Source of the DNA: a virus
Lineage: Duplodnaviria; Caudoviricetes
Direction: 5' to 3' (one strand)
IMG/VR virus record: IMGVR_UViG_3300032319_000930
Coordinates: 1-41,621 of that record
Length of the DNA stretch: 41,621 nucleotides
Below, in pieces: positions 27,755-35,265 of this stretch; within the stretch, counting starts at the first letter, position 1; each line of letters begins with the position of its first letter. The position numbers and the translations under genes are program-made. The notes beneath the pieces were generated by a model that searched no databases, was not told the origin of the DNA, and saw nothing but the letters and a program-made list of their open reading frames with translations.

Positions 27755-28100
27755 TTTTTTCGGTCAGATCTGCGGCAGCAATTGCATATTCTGTGCCAAT
27801 GCGTTGCGCTTCTTCGTCTGTAATGGTGGCGGCTTTGCGAAGTTTTTCCACCAGTGGCTCAAGTTCGTCCGGGACGTGAATGAAGCGACCGTCGTCGCGT
27901 ACGCAGTAAAGTAAGGTCACTTCCTGACGGCAACCGCACTGCCAATCAAGGGTGGGGTGACCGACCTCAACGCGCAATTCGACGCGATAGCGAGAGAAAC
28001 TTGCGGTGACTTCTGCGAGTTTGAAGCATCCGTTGACGACCGCAACCCTGATCGGGGAGGCAAAGAGGCGGGCGACGGCTTGTTTGGTGAGTTTGATCAT
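27738..28100 (-). CDS. hypothetical protein
   Basis: 120 aa. ATG at the repeat +1, stop inside the type B palindrome. Confidence 0.7.
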   Translation of the reverse strand: MIKLTKQAVARLFASPIRVAVVNGCFKLAEVTASFSRYRVELRVEVGHPTLDWQCGCRQEVTLLYCVRDDGRFIHVPDELEPLVEKLRKAATITDEEAQRIGTEYAIAAADLTEKSQLSN

Positions 28101-28174
28101 GAGTTAAATATAGCGCGTTTTCGTCCAAAAGTAAAGGGGGTAAACCGTACCTCCGGGGTACGGGTAACCGTACC
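28098..28174 (-). promoter_or_regulatory. promoter repeat 9 (type A)
   Basis: Type A element, TTTACT-17-TATATT-6-ATG. Confidence 0.85.
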
Positions 28175-28318
28175 TCACCCCACTTTCTCAACGAGGGCCA
28201 GCCGACCGGTGGTCTGGAAGACCGCCTCGGCGTGGTGCCAGGCCTCCTCGTAGGAGCGGAAGCGGGTGGGTTGTTCGCCGGGGATCCAGGCGATGTAGGT
28301 AGTGGTTTTTTTCTTCAT
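28175..28318 (-). CDS. small protein (47 aa), not in the ORF track
   Basis: MKKKTTTYIAWIPGEQPTRFRSYEEAWHHAEAVFQTTGRLALVEKVG. Fills the gap between two repeats exactly. Confidence 0.7.
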   Translation of the reverse strand: MKKKTTTYIAWIPGEQPTRFRSYEEAWHHAEAVFQTTGRLALVEKVG

Positions 28319-28389
28319 GAGTTAAATATAGCGCGTTTTCGGCCAAAAGTAAAGGGGGTGAGTGTCAGTTTGCCCACTGACCCTGATAC
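28316..28389 (-). promoter_or_regulatory. promoter repeat 10 (type B)
   Basis: TTTACT-17-TATATT-6-ATG with GTCAGT..ACTGAC upstream. Confidence 0.8.
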
Positions 28390-28402
28390 ACACGCACTAC
28401 CG

Positions 28403-28600
28403 TTACTTACCTGCAAGGTACTGGTCCTCGATAATGTCCATAAGCGAATCTTCGTCCACTTTCTCAAGGCCATCGGCCTTAAGTTCCCGCCACGTAGGTG
28501 CCGGATCGTGCTCTCGGTAAGCGTTTACGAAAGGAAAAAGTTTGGCCGCCAGAGTTGGATCCAGCTCAACATTGCGCAGATTGTAAATGGTGTTTGACAT
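28403..28600 (-). CDS. small hypothetical protein
   Basis: MSNTIYNLRN..., second gene of its cassette. Confidence 0.65.
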   Translation of the reverse strand: MSNTIYNLRNVELDPTLAAKLFPFVNAYREHDPAPTWRELKADGLEKVDEDSLMDIIEDQYLAGK

Positions 28601-28619
28601 TGTTTTCTCGGAAAAAAAC

Positions 28620-28874
28620 TTAGTAAAGGTACCAATCAATTTTCCGCTCGCCGTTCATTTGCTCCAGTTTGTAATCATGAAAAGTTTCTGTAATCATTTC
28701 AATATCGGCGTCGTCTGGTAGTTCCTGAGCGCAGATTACTAAGACCTCGTCGTAAAGGCGATCAAAGGCAACTTTGTCACCATCGTAACCGTCGTAGTTG
28801 CAATCGTAAAGTAACTCGTCGTGGAGCACGAATGAAGCACGGAGCGCTTTTTCTTGGAGTTGAATGTTTTTCAT
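28620..28874 (-). CDS. small acidic protein (paralog family with 30033 and 31036)
   Basis: LHDELLYD...GY.G....F..L..E....ELPDDAD.E.I...F..Y.LE..NGER. Confidence 0.75.
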   Translation of the reverse strand: MKNIQLQEKALRASFVLHDELLYDCNYDGYDGDKVAFDRLYDEVLVICAQELPDDADIEMITETFHDYKLEQMNGERKIDWYLY

Positions 28875-28948
28875 GAATTAATCATAGCGCGTTTTGGCCG
28901 TTTTGCAAAGGGGGCAAACCGTACCCTCAAGGTACGGGTAACCGTACC
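28872..28948 (-). promoter_or_regulatory. promoter repeat 11 (type A)
   Basis: TTTGCA/TATGAT-6-ATG plus a type A element. Confidence 0.8.
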
Positions 28949-29140
28949 TTAGTTAAAGTTTCGTATGACCGCCATAATTGCGTCGTTTTCGTAAATGTTT
29001 ACCGTCCGTTTTGCGTGCGCCGAGTAGGCCTCTGCTGTGTCATAAGCTTCGTCAAGGTTTTCGTAAACCGTGAAATCTGTGGGGCTGTCGCAACCGCCCC
29101 AAGTAAGGTAGTAGGTGTTCAAAGGGGTTTCGTTTTTCAT
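28949..29140 (-). CDS. small hypothetical protein (paralog of 27307-27486)
   Basis: Exactly bounded by repeats 11 and 12. Confidence 0.75.
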   Translation of the reverse strand: MKNETPLNTYYLTWGGCDSPTDFTVYENLDEAYDTAEAYSAHAKRTVNIYENDAIMAVIRNFN

Positions 29141-29214
29141 GAGTTAATCATAGCTTGAAACCGCTCAAAAGTAAAGGGGGTAAACCGTACCTCCCAGGTA
29201 CGGGTAACCGTACC
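29138..29214 (-). promoter_or_regulatory. promoter repeat 12 (type A)
   Basis: TTTACT-17-TATGAT-6-ATG plus a type A element. Confidence 0.8.
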
Positions 29215-29217
29215 CCC

Positions 29218-29319
29218 TCACCGCAGCAAGAACGGGCCGCCGAGCATGGCAAAAAACACCAAGGGGTGAACAAATAGGCCGAGAACAACGCTGAGAAGCA
29301 AATAAGAAAAGACAAGCAT
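29218..29319 (-). CDS. 33-aa hydrophobic microprotein (paralog of 30927-31028)
   Basis: MLVFSYLLLSVVLGLFVHPLVFFAMLGGPFLLR. Confidence 0.65.
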   Translation of the reverse strand: MLVFSYLLLSVVLGLFVHPLVFFAMLGGPFLLR

Positions 29320-29326
29320 TAGTAAC

Positions 29327-29674
29327 TCAGGCTGCGGAAAGGGTTAGTTTGTCGGCAGAAGTTCCCATACAGAAAGTGCCGTTGGAAAGATAAGCCGCCC
29401 AGAAATATCTATCATCGCAGTTAAACCACTCGGCAGTTACACTACCCAACTCAATCCTATCGGTTTCAAACTCCAGGTCACGCAGATTGCGCACGCCGAA
29501 GTGTGCTTTCAGCTGCTTCAAGTTAAAAAATAAGCAATCTCCAACTTTGAAACCAAGGAAACGGTTGGAGTCGGTGTAATCGCGCTCGCCACGCTTATAT
29601 CCAGCGCGGTACACATTGCCGCTGATAAGGTTAGCGACGGTTGGTTTTTTGATCAAGGTGGTTTCGTTTCTCAT
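29327..29674 (-). CDS. hypothetical protein
   Basis: MRNETTLIKK..., ATG at the repeat +1. Confidence 0.7.
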   Translation of the reverse strand: MRNETTLIKKPTVANLISGNVYRAGYKRGERDYTDSNRFLGFKVGDCLFFNLKQLKAHFGVRNLRDLEFETDRIELGSVTAEWFNCDDRYFWAAYLSNGTFCMGTSADKLTLSAA

Positions 29675-29747
29675 GAATTTACTATAGGTCATTTTCGCTC
29701 AAAAGTAAAGGGGGCAAACCGCCCTCTTTAGGGCGGGTAACCGTACC
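29672..29747 (-). promoter_or_regulatory. promoter repeat 13 (type A' with CCGCCCT/AGGGCGG arms)
   Basis: TTTACT-17-TATAGT-6-ATG. Confidence 0.8.
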
Positions 29748-29751
29748 TTTC

Positions 29752-30012
29752 TTAAAGTAATCCGTAAGTAACCAGTTGAGTTTCTAACTCGTCTACATAG
29801 CTTTGAAGTTCCAGCACACTCATGTCGGCGTAAACGTAACTGGAACTCTTCTCAAGTAGTGATTCAAAATACGACTCATCTGGCAGAGCGGCAACTGCAT
29901 CCACGCAGCAATTTGCGACCAAGTTAATCATATCCTGGTTGATATCGTCGTCGCCCAGGAAGTTAGTGAGAGCGTCTTCTGCAGCGAAGAAGTATTTGGT
30001 GTAGTCAGACAT
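29752..30012 (-). CDS. small acidic hypothetical protein
   Basis: MSDYTKYFF..., second gene of its cassette. Confidence 0.65.
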   Translation of the reverse strand: MSDYTKYFFAAEDALTNFLGDDDINQDMINLVANCCVDAVAALPDESYFESLLEKSSSYVYADMSVLELQSYVDELETQLVTYGLL

Positions 30013-30032
30013 GTTTGTTGAATAAAGAAAAC

Positions 30033-30284
30033 TTAAAGGAACCAACATACGTCGCGCTCGCCGTTTGTAATCTCGAGTTGGTATTGGTCGAAAAGGTTAA
30101 CAATCTGCTCTAAATCTGCGTCGTCAGGTAACTCCTCGTGAACAATAGTGTAGACCTCTCTGTAAAGGTAATCAAACGCCTCTTTGTCAGCGTCGTAACC
30201 TACGCAATAAGGGCAGTCAAGGTATTGCTGGTGGACGAGGATTGTAGCATTGAGAGTTTTCTGTAGGAGTTGAACGTTTTTCAT
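30033..30284 (-). CDS. small acidic protein (paralog of 28620 and 31036)
   Basis: Shares ELPDDAD.E.I and LEI.NGERD. Confidence 0.75.
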   Translation of the reverse strand: MKNVQLLQKTLNATILVHQQYLDCPYCVGYDADKEAFDYLYREVYTIVHEELPDDADLEQIVNLFDQYQLEITNGERDVCWFL

Positions 30285-30357
30285 GAATTAATCATAGCGT
30301 GAAATGGCCGAAAAGTAAAGGGGGTAAACCGCCCTCTTTAGGGCGGGTAACCGTACC
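30282..30357 (-). promoter_or_regulatory. promoter repeat 14 (type A')
   Basis: TTTACT-17-TATGAT-6-ATG. Confidence 0.8.
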
Positions 30358-30849
30358 TCAAACATCCTCGGTGAAGTGCCAACCATCCTCCTCATCTTCG
30401 TCGGTGAAGCTAAACTCTTCCTCCTCATCTTCGTCGGGTCCAAAACTCGTAATGATCTCAATATGACCGAAACAAACTACTCCGTCGTCATAGCCGCAGT
30501 TCAGAGTTTCAAACTCTTCTGGCAGCTCGATAATGTGTCCGAGGCCATTATCGATAGCGTTTTGAAACTCAGGGTCGGTAATATCGTCAACTTTAATAAT
30601 ACCCAACGTTCCGGAATCTACGCTATAGGAATGTCCGTAAAAGTCACGGTAGGTACCGTCGCCGTGAGCAGTTCCGTAGATAGCAAACTTACGGCCGTCG
30701 GCCAGTTGCAGTTTACCGGTGACCTCAGTTGTGTGGTCAGGAAAAGTTAAGTCGCAAACTTCGCTCCACTCAGGGTTCATAACGTAGCAAAGATCGCCGA
30801 CGTAGTAACGGGCAGTGGAGGTAGGCATTGAAGTGGTTTCGTTTCTCAT
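30358..30849 (-). CDS. conserved phage hypothetical protein with an acidic tail
   Basis: YYVGDLCYV, TAHGDGTY, YSVDSGTLG is a motif set common in phage hypothetical proteins. Confidence 0.75.
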   Translation of the reverse strand: MRNETTSMPTSTARYYVGDLCYVMNPEWSEVCDLTFPDHTTEVTGKLQLADGRKFAIYGTAHGDGTYRDFYGHSYSVDSGTLGIIKVDDITDPEFQNAIDNGLGHIIELPEEFETLNCGYDDGVVCFGHIEIITSFGPDEDEEEEFSFTDEDEEDGWHFTEDV

Positions 30850-30923
30850 GAATTAAATATACCGTGTTTTGGCCGAAAAGTAAAGGGGGTAAACCGTACC
30901 TCCAAGGTACGGGTAACCGTACC
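30847..30923 (-). promoter_or_regulatory. promoter repeat 15 (type A)
   Basis: TTTACT-17-TATATT-6-ATG plus a type A element. Confidence 0.85.
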
Positions 30924-30926
30924 TCT

Positions 30927-31028
30927 TCAGGTTACTAAAAACGGAGCGCCGAGCATAATGAAAAACACCAAGGGGTGAACAAATAGGCCGAGTACAACGC
31001 TGAGAAGCAAATAAGGGAAGATAAACAT
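30927..31028 (-). CDS. 33-aa hydrophobic microprotein (paralog of 29218-29319)
   Basis: MFIFPYLLLSVVLGLFVHPLVFFIMLGAPFLVT. Confidence 0.65.
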   Translation of the reverse strand: MFIFPYLLLSVVLGLFVHPLVFFIMLGAPFLVT

Positions 31029-31035
31029 TAGTAAC

Positions 31036-31308
31036 TCAACCTACCTCGTAGTAACCTGGATCGCGGTCACCGTTGACAATCTCTAGCTGGTTCTCGTAAA
31101 ACTTTTCTACGACCCACTGGGTAATACCCACTACGCGCAGTTCGTTTTCGATGATATACAAACATTCGGCGCGAAGTAACTGGAACTGGTCTAAAGTTCC
31201 TTCGTACCCCAAGAAAGCGTCGTCGTAAAGTAACTCGTTGTGGAGCCGAAAAGCGGCGCTCAGGGCCAGCAGGTGGTTGGTTTCGTTCAGGTTTTCCTCG
31301 TTTCTCAT
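31036..31308 (-). CDS. small acidic protein (paralog of 28620 and 30033)
   Basis: LHNELLYD...GYEG...F..L..E, QLEIVNGDRD. Confidence 0.75.
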   Translation of the reverse strand: MRNEENLNETNHLLALSAAFRLHNELLYDDAFLGYEGTLDQFQLLRAECLYIIENELRVVGITQWVVEKFYENQLEIVNGDRDPGYYEVG

Positions 31309-31382
31309 GAGTTAAATATAGGTCATTTTCGCTCAAAAGTAAAGGGGGCAAACCGTACCCCGTAGGTAGGGGAAACCGTACC
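31306..31382 (-). promoter_or_regulatory. promoter repeat 16 (type A variant)
   Basis: TTTACT-17-TATATT-6-ATG. Confidence 0.8.
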
Positions 31383-31518
31383 TCTCGCAAAGTTTTAACA
31401 ACGGTTGGTCTTGTTAAAGGTTTGGTCGGTTTGCTTTAATAAGGTCTAAAATAATGTTTACTTTGTGGCACATAATAAATCAATAATTGCAATAATGAAA
31501 TAATGATAATAAAGGCAA

Positions 31519-31628
31519 TGGCGGTCGCGGGGTAATGGCGGTCGCTCAATAATTGCTCTTCGATAAATAACTCAATAACTGCAATAACCATATAAAAGCA
31601 GTGGCGGTCGCGGGGTAATGGCGGTCGC
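31519..31628. repeat. 27-bp direct repeat, each copy with two TGGCGGTCGC 10-mers, in an AT-rich spacer
   Basis: tggcggtcgcggggtaatggcggtcgc at 31519-31545 and 31602-31628. Confidence 0.85.
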
Positions 31629-31907
31629 GATAATAATACAATAACGAGGCAACGCTTCAAAACCCTTGCGGCGTCTGACTTTGTAACTGCCATGCGGGGG
31701 TGATTTTTTGGAGTGTTGTTAAAAATGGGGGATTTTTTGTTAGAAATCTGCTTTTTAGTTGAAACCGCGTTACATCCAGGTTTTTCCCTTTCTTGCTCTG
31801 TTACTAACCTCTTCTCACTTTGCGAGAAATGTTTGCGAACTTCTCGCAAACTTCACAAGATAAAAAATGCAATGTCACTGCTGCCAAAATGGAAATGTAA
31901 CGCGGTT

Positions 31908-32576
31908 TCATCTGCTCTCTGGTGCAGTTACAATCTTTACCATCTTTCCGCTCTCTCGCCTTGCTCCCCACACCCATTTCCTATCTTGTAACTTATCTTT
32001 GACCGCTCTATACATTTTACTGTTTGCTCCCATATTCAGCGCTATTGGTATATCCGCCGCCAAAATCGTGTTATCCTCCCTAACCATTCTCCACAATAAC
32101 TCCTCCGTCTCTGCAATATCAATCTCCTCTATTTTCACCGGAAAGTAAATCTTCTCCCTGTAATCCACTCTCCCTTCTTCAAATATTCGCACCCACAACT
32201 TCGCACCCGAAGAAAAAACTTTGGGCTCCAACATTACTTTTGCGTCCGGAAACAGTTCCACCGCAACATTCAAAACCGTACGCTGCTCCCCGGGAAAAGG
32301 ATTTTCCTCAAGCACAATAATCAAATCGCCAACAAGCGTTTCAACGGTCACCATGCCGTCGCTAAAGGTAATCCGTTCGTGCTCAATATCCCAGTCTCGC
32401 CGAGCCCCGAGGTCCCATTTTTTATTTTTCTTGTAAACTCTTTGCGCCGCAATCGACTCAGACCGAACTTCTCTCCATCGTACATTCCGGGGTATTAACG
32501 ACACCCAAAATCTCCTCAAAGTATTCAGAAGAGAGTCGAGAGTAAAATTCCGACTGTTTGAAGTTGTCTTGGTCAT
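31908..32576 (-). CDS. hypothetical protein (start uncertain; overlaps ORF 32458-32715)
   Basis: 222-aa ORF with a basic C-terminus. Confidence 0.55.
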   Translation of the reverse strand: MTKTTSNSRNFTLDSLLNTLRRFWVSLIPRNVRWREVRSESIAAQRVYKKNKKWDLGARRDWDIEHERITFSDGMVTVETLVGDLIIVLEENPFPGEQRTVLNVAVELFPDAKVMLEPKVFSSGAKLWVRIFEEGRVDYREKIYFPVKIEEIDIAETEELLWRMVREDNTILAADIPIALNMGANSKMYRAVKDKLQDRKWVWGARRESGKMVKIVTAPESR

Positions 32577-32733
32577 GATAAACTCTTGCCAGTGAAAGGC
32601 AACCTTTGAGTATCATGACTTTGCGATCAAAAGCGCCTCTGTCAATCATTTCTTTTAGTTGCCGCAATAATGTTGGGATGATGGGTAACGCTCCCAAGAG
32701 GATTGCGGTCCTCAACGTTACCCACCGTTACTA

Positions 32734-33027
32734 TTAGTATACCCTATTGCGGTTTGCGTAAACTGACTTTTCTCTGTAATAACGTTGAAACTCAGTCAAC
32801 CCCAAGTTCAACCTCTTAAAAGTTAACCTACGATTATATTCTGCAACGGCGAGTGTGCAGATTTTATCAAACTCACTATAGTCTACTTCAATCATCTCTA
32901 GAATAATCTTTTCCAGAGCCGATTTAGTTCTCCGATCATCCGCACATTTACTAAGCCATTCGCCAATAATAGCAGTTTGCTCAGCCGTGTAATAATCTTG
33001 TCGTTGAAGTTCAAGAGCGATGTTCAT
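32734..33027 (-). CDS. hypothetical protein
   Basis: 97 aa, preceded by a GGGTAAAA motif. Confidence 0.6.
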   Translation of the reverse strand: MNIALELQRQDYYTAEQTAIIGEWLSKCADDRRTKSALEKIILEMIEVDYSEFDKICTLAVAEYNRRLTFKRLNLGLTEFQRYYREKSVYANRNRVY

Positions 33028-33162
33028 TGTAGTTTGTGCATTTGCACAATTTTACCCAACAGCAAACTCATCTGTAGCACACACTCCCTTGGGAATACCA
33101 ATTTGTTTTTTGAGGTAGGTTTCGGTCATTGCGGTTTGTTTAAAAGTTAGTACCGTGAGCAG

Positions 33163-33417
33163 TTAGAAACTAAAGACACCGGAATCATCTTGATTATCCA
33201 TCCAGAAACTAATTGCTTCTTCGATACTCACCGAAGGGCACTGATGAAAAATCCGACAGAAATCAAGCAAAAGAGTGTCAAAAGATTCCAGGGTGTCAGC
33301 ACCGTAGCCATTACTTTTCAGGTCTAAAGTAAGGACACAGGCAGCTTCAATAGCCGAGGAGGTTGTAGCGAGAGAGAACTGTTCAGGGGTGTTCATTGAA
33401 GGTGTTTTTGTGTCCAT
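33163..33417 (-). CDS. small acidic hypothetical protein
   Basis: ATG at the repeat +1. Confidence 0.65.
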   Translation of the reverse strand: MDTKTPSMNTPEQFSLATTSSAIEAACVLTLDLKSNGYGADTLESFDTLLLDFCRIFHQCPSVSIEEAISFWMDNQDDSGVFSF

Positions 33418-33490
33418 GAACTAAATATAGCTCAATTTCTCCCAAAAGAAAAGGGGGCAAACCGCCCCCTTCGAGTAGGGTTAACCGCCC
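33415..33490 (-). promoter_or_regulatory. promoter repeat 17 (type A variant)
   Basis: TATATT-6-ATG with GGGCGGTT direct repeats upstream. Confidence 0.7.
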
Positions 33491-33500
33491 CAGGTCATTT

Positions 33501-33998
33501 TCACTTCAAGGTAAAACCTTGCTCCACAACTTCCACCGCATAACCCTCCCGCAGGTTACGCATCCGAGTTGCCATTCCTTTCCGCCAACTTGGGTTCTGG
33601 TTACTACGATTCGCATTTCGCTCATTCAGAGTTTCCTCGTCCGCATCCAGATAATAAATAGTTACATCCGAACATTCGTCTCGGAAAAAGTCAAAGAATT
33701 TGGAGTTGGACATACGCTCGCCTTCAAAATAAAACGTCCAATCGTCCCACTCTGGATTTGCATTATGTCGTGCAATCCACTCTCGATACTTAGGCCCGCA
33801 ACCTTTACTTAAACGGTCGGTCCCCGAAAACACCTGTTTATCGTAAATACCTGCAACAATAACGTTATCGTCGTGAAACAGAGTATAAACAACTAGTCCC
33901 TGTTTTTGTATAGAGCAACCACCAAGAGTCGCGATAAATTTTTTCATGACCGTGCTTTTACCAGCAGCAGGTTCACCAATAAGACCGACGATTTTCAT
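33501..33998 (-). CDS. P-loop nucleotide kinase (5hmU DNA-kinase-like)
   Basis: Walker A GEPAAGKST, G.Y...FSGTDRLS, FEGERM resemble the kinases that accompany aGPT-Pplase genes. Confidence 0.75.
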   Translation of the reverse strand: MKIVGLIGEPAAGKSTVMKKFIATLGGCSIQKQGLVVYTLFHDDNVIVAGIYDKQVFSGTDRLSKGCGPKYREWIARHNANPEWDDWTFYFEGERMSNSKFFDFFRDECSDVTIYYLDADEETLNERNANRSNQNPSWRKGMATRMRNLREGYAVEVVEQGFTLK

Positions 33999-34873
33999 TT
34001 GTTTCTCCCCAGGATTTGTTTTAATTGCGCCCTCTTTTGAAGGGAGTTGTAGTTAGGCCTCAACCTAACCTCACTTAAATCTTTTTGAATATCCTCCAAT
34101 GTGAAATAAGGATACTCTTCCTCCAGTTTTAGTTTAATCTCCTCGGCTCGTTTTTGCTCCAAGGAGAAACCAGATTCCTCGCTATAGTCAGACCCCATTA
34201 AGTTAATCCCCTCTATAAATTTGCCAACAGGTACATCTTTAGCGTAAACAGCAAGGTGAATAAGTTTTTCTGTATATTCTGGACAGAAAGCGCCCGAACG
34301 AAAAACCGATCCCAATATCCAGTACCCCGGAATATACCCCACGGTTTCCTCCAGCTCCGCCATATAGTTCATGGGATAGCAATAGGTTGGATTAAAATCT
34401 GTTTTAATAATATAAGTTTGCAGTGCTTCCAGGTGACGCTTCAACAAAGGTAAATGCTCTTGACTAAAATAATACACAGCATTGACGCCCCGATACCATA
34501 ACTTTGCTGGATTACCATTTTCATCGGCTTGAAGATTGCACTGTAGAGCAACACCGTAATTAGATGGCGGGGCCCATATATGAAAATCATAGTCTAAATA
34601 CATCACCTCGTCGTAACCCGACTCCAAACTTTTTATCATTTCAGCAACTCGTGTGTAGTCGCTGATACTAGTGGCTTTTCTAACATTTCGTTTTGTGTAA
34701 CGAGCTGCTAGTTCAATCGCCACCTCATCTTGATCGCATCGAGTTACCCCTTTAAACTCAAATCCCGAAATCGAAAGAACACTTTCTCGTTTTTTTGCTC
34801 TTTGCAAAAGAGCGGTTGGACAAGGTCGGTCATTCGGTAGTTCCGGCCAAACCGAGAATGCGAGTTTTTTCAT
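33995..34873 (-). CDS. putative GT-A glycosyltransferase
   Basis: SDYTR followed by GYDEVMYLDYD (DxD after a hydrophobic strand). Confidence 0.55.
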   Translation of the reverse strand: MKKLAFSVWPELPNDRPCPTALLQRAKKRESVLSISGFEFKGVTRCDQDEVAIELAARYTKRNVRKATSISDYTRVAEMIKSLESGYDEVMYLDYDFHIWAPPSNYGVALQCNLQADENGNPAKLWYRGVNAVYYFSQEHLPLLKRHLEALQTYIIKTDFNPTYCYPMNYMAELEETVGYIPGYWILGSVFRSGAFCPEYTEKLIHLAVYAKDVPVGKFIEGINLMGSDYSEESGFSLEQKRAEEIKLKLEEEYPYFTLEDIQKDLSEVRLRPNYNSLQKRAQLKQILGRNK

Positions 34874-35265
34874 TTTTTCGTAAGTTCGTGAAGTAGGTGG
34901 ACAACTTTGACCTCGGGGACCATAGTTTCGATAATACCTTTTTGAACGGGATCGTCTTCGAAATGCAGAGCGATTCTCATAGTCTTTTGCAATTCTCTCA
35001 AAGTAAGAGCTTTGTGGTAACCGGATATCTCCCGTGTCTTAAGGTGCTCGGGCACCTTACTAAAGATGACCCGGTTGGTAATGCCAAACTTTTTGCACCA
35101 GGCTAATGTTTTATCCCGCTCCTCGTAACTTCTGCCGGTGATGATAATGTCCTCCGGGGAGGGACGAACCCCGGGATTCTCATCCCCAAAGTAAATCACC
35201 CCGTCAAAGTCGAAAGAATTGATGGTCGTAGGAAATGACCAAGGAGGTAAATACATTGCCCTCAC
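34870..35265 (-). CDS. minimal HAD-family phosphatase
   Basis: SFDFDGVI, IITGRS, K, HFEDD. Overlaps the ino1 stop. Confidence 0.8.
   Translation of the reverse strand: MRAMYLPPWSFPTTINSFDFDGVIYFGDENPGVRPSPEDIIITGRSYEERDKTLAWCKKFGITNRVIFSKVPEHLKTREISGYHKALTLRELQKTMRIALHFEDDPVQKGIIETMVPEVKVVHLLHELTKK

Noticed and set aside
31436-31849. 137-aa minus-strand ORF
   Set aside because: It translates repeat and low-complexity DNA, with no good start or motif. Treated as non-coding, though not excluded.
32458-32715. 85-aa ORF overlapping 31908-32576
   Set aside because: It may be real if the downstream gene starts later, but I cannot choose between the two from sequence alone.
24711-33490. Repeat array as a CRISPR array
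   Set aside because: The intervals are 100-900 bp or more, irregular and contain whole ORFs. The repeats contain promoters, and no cas genes are present.
24711-33490. Repeats as integron attC sites
   Set aside because: No RYYYAAC/GTTRRRY core pair and no integrase in the window. Only the architecture is analogous.
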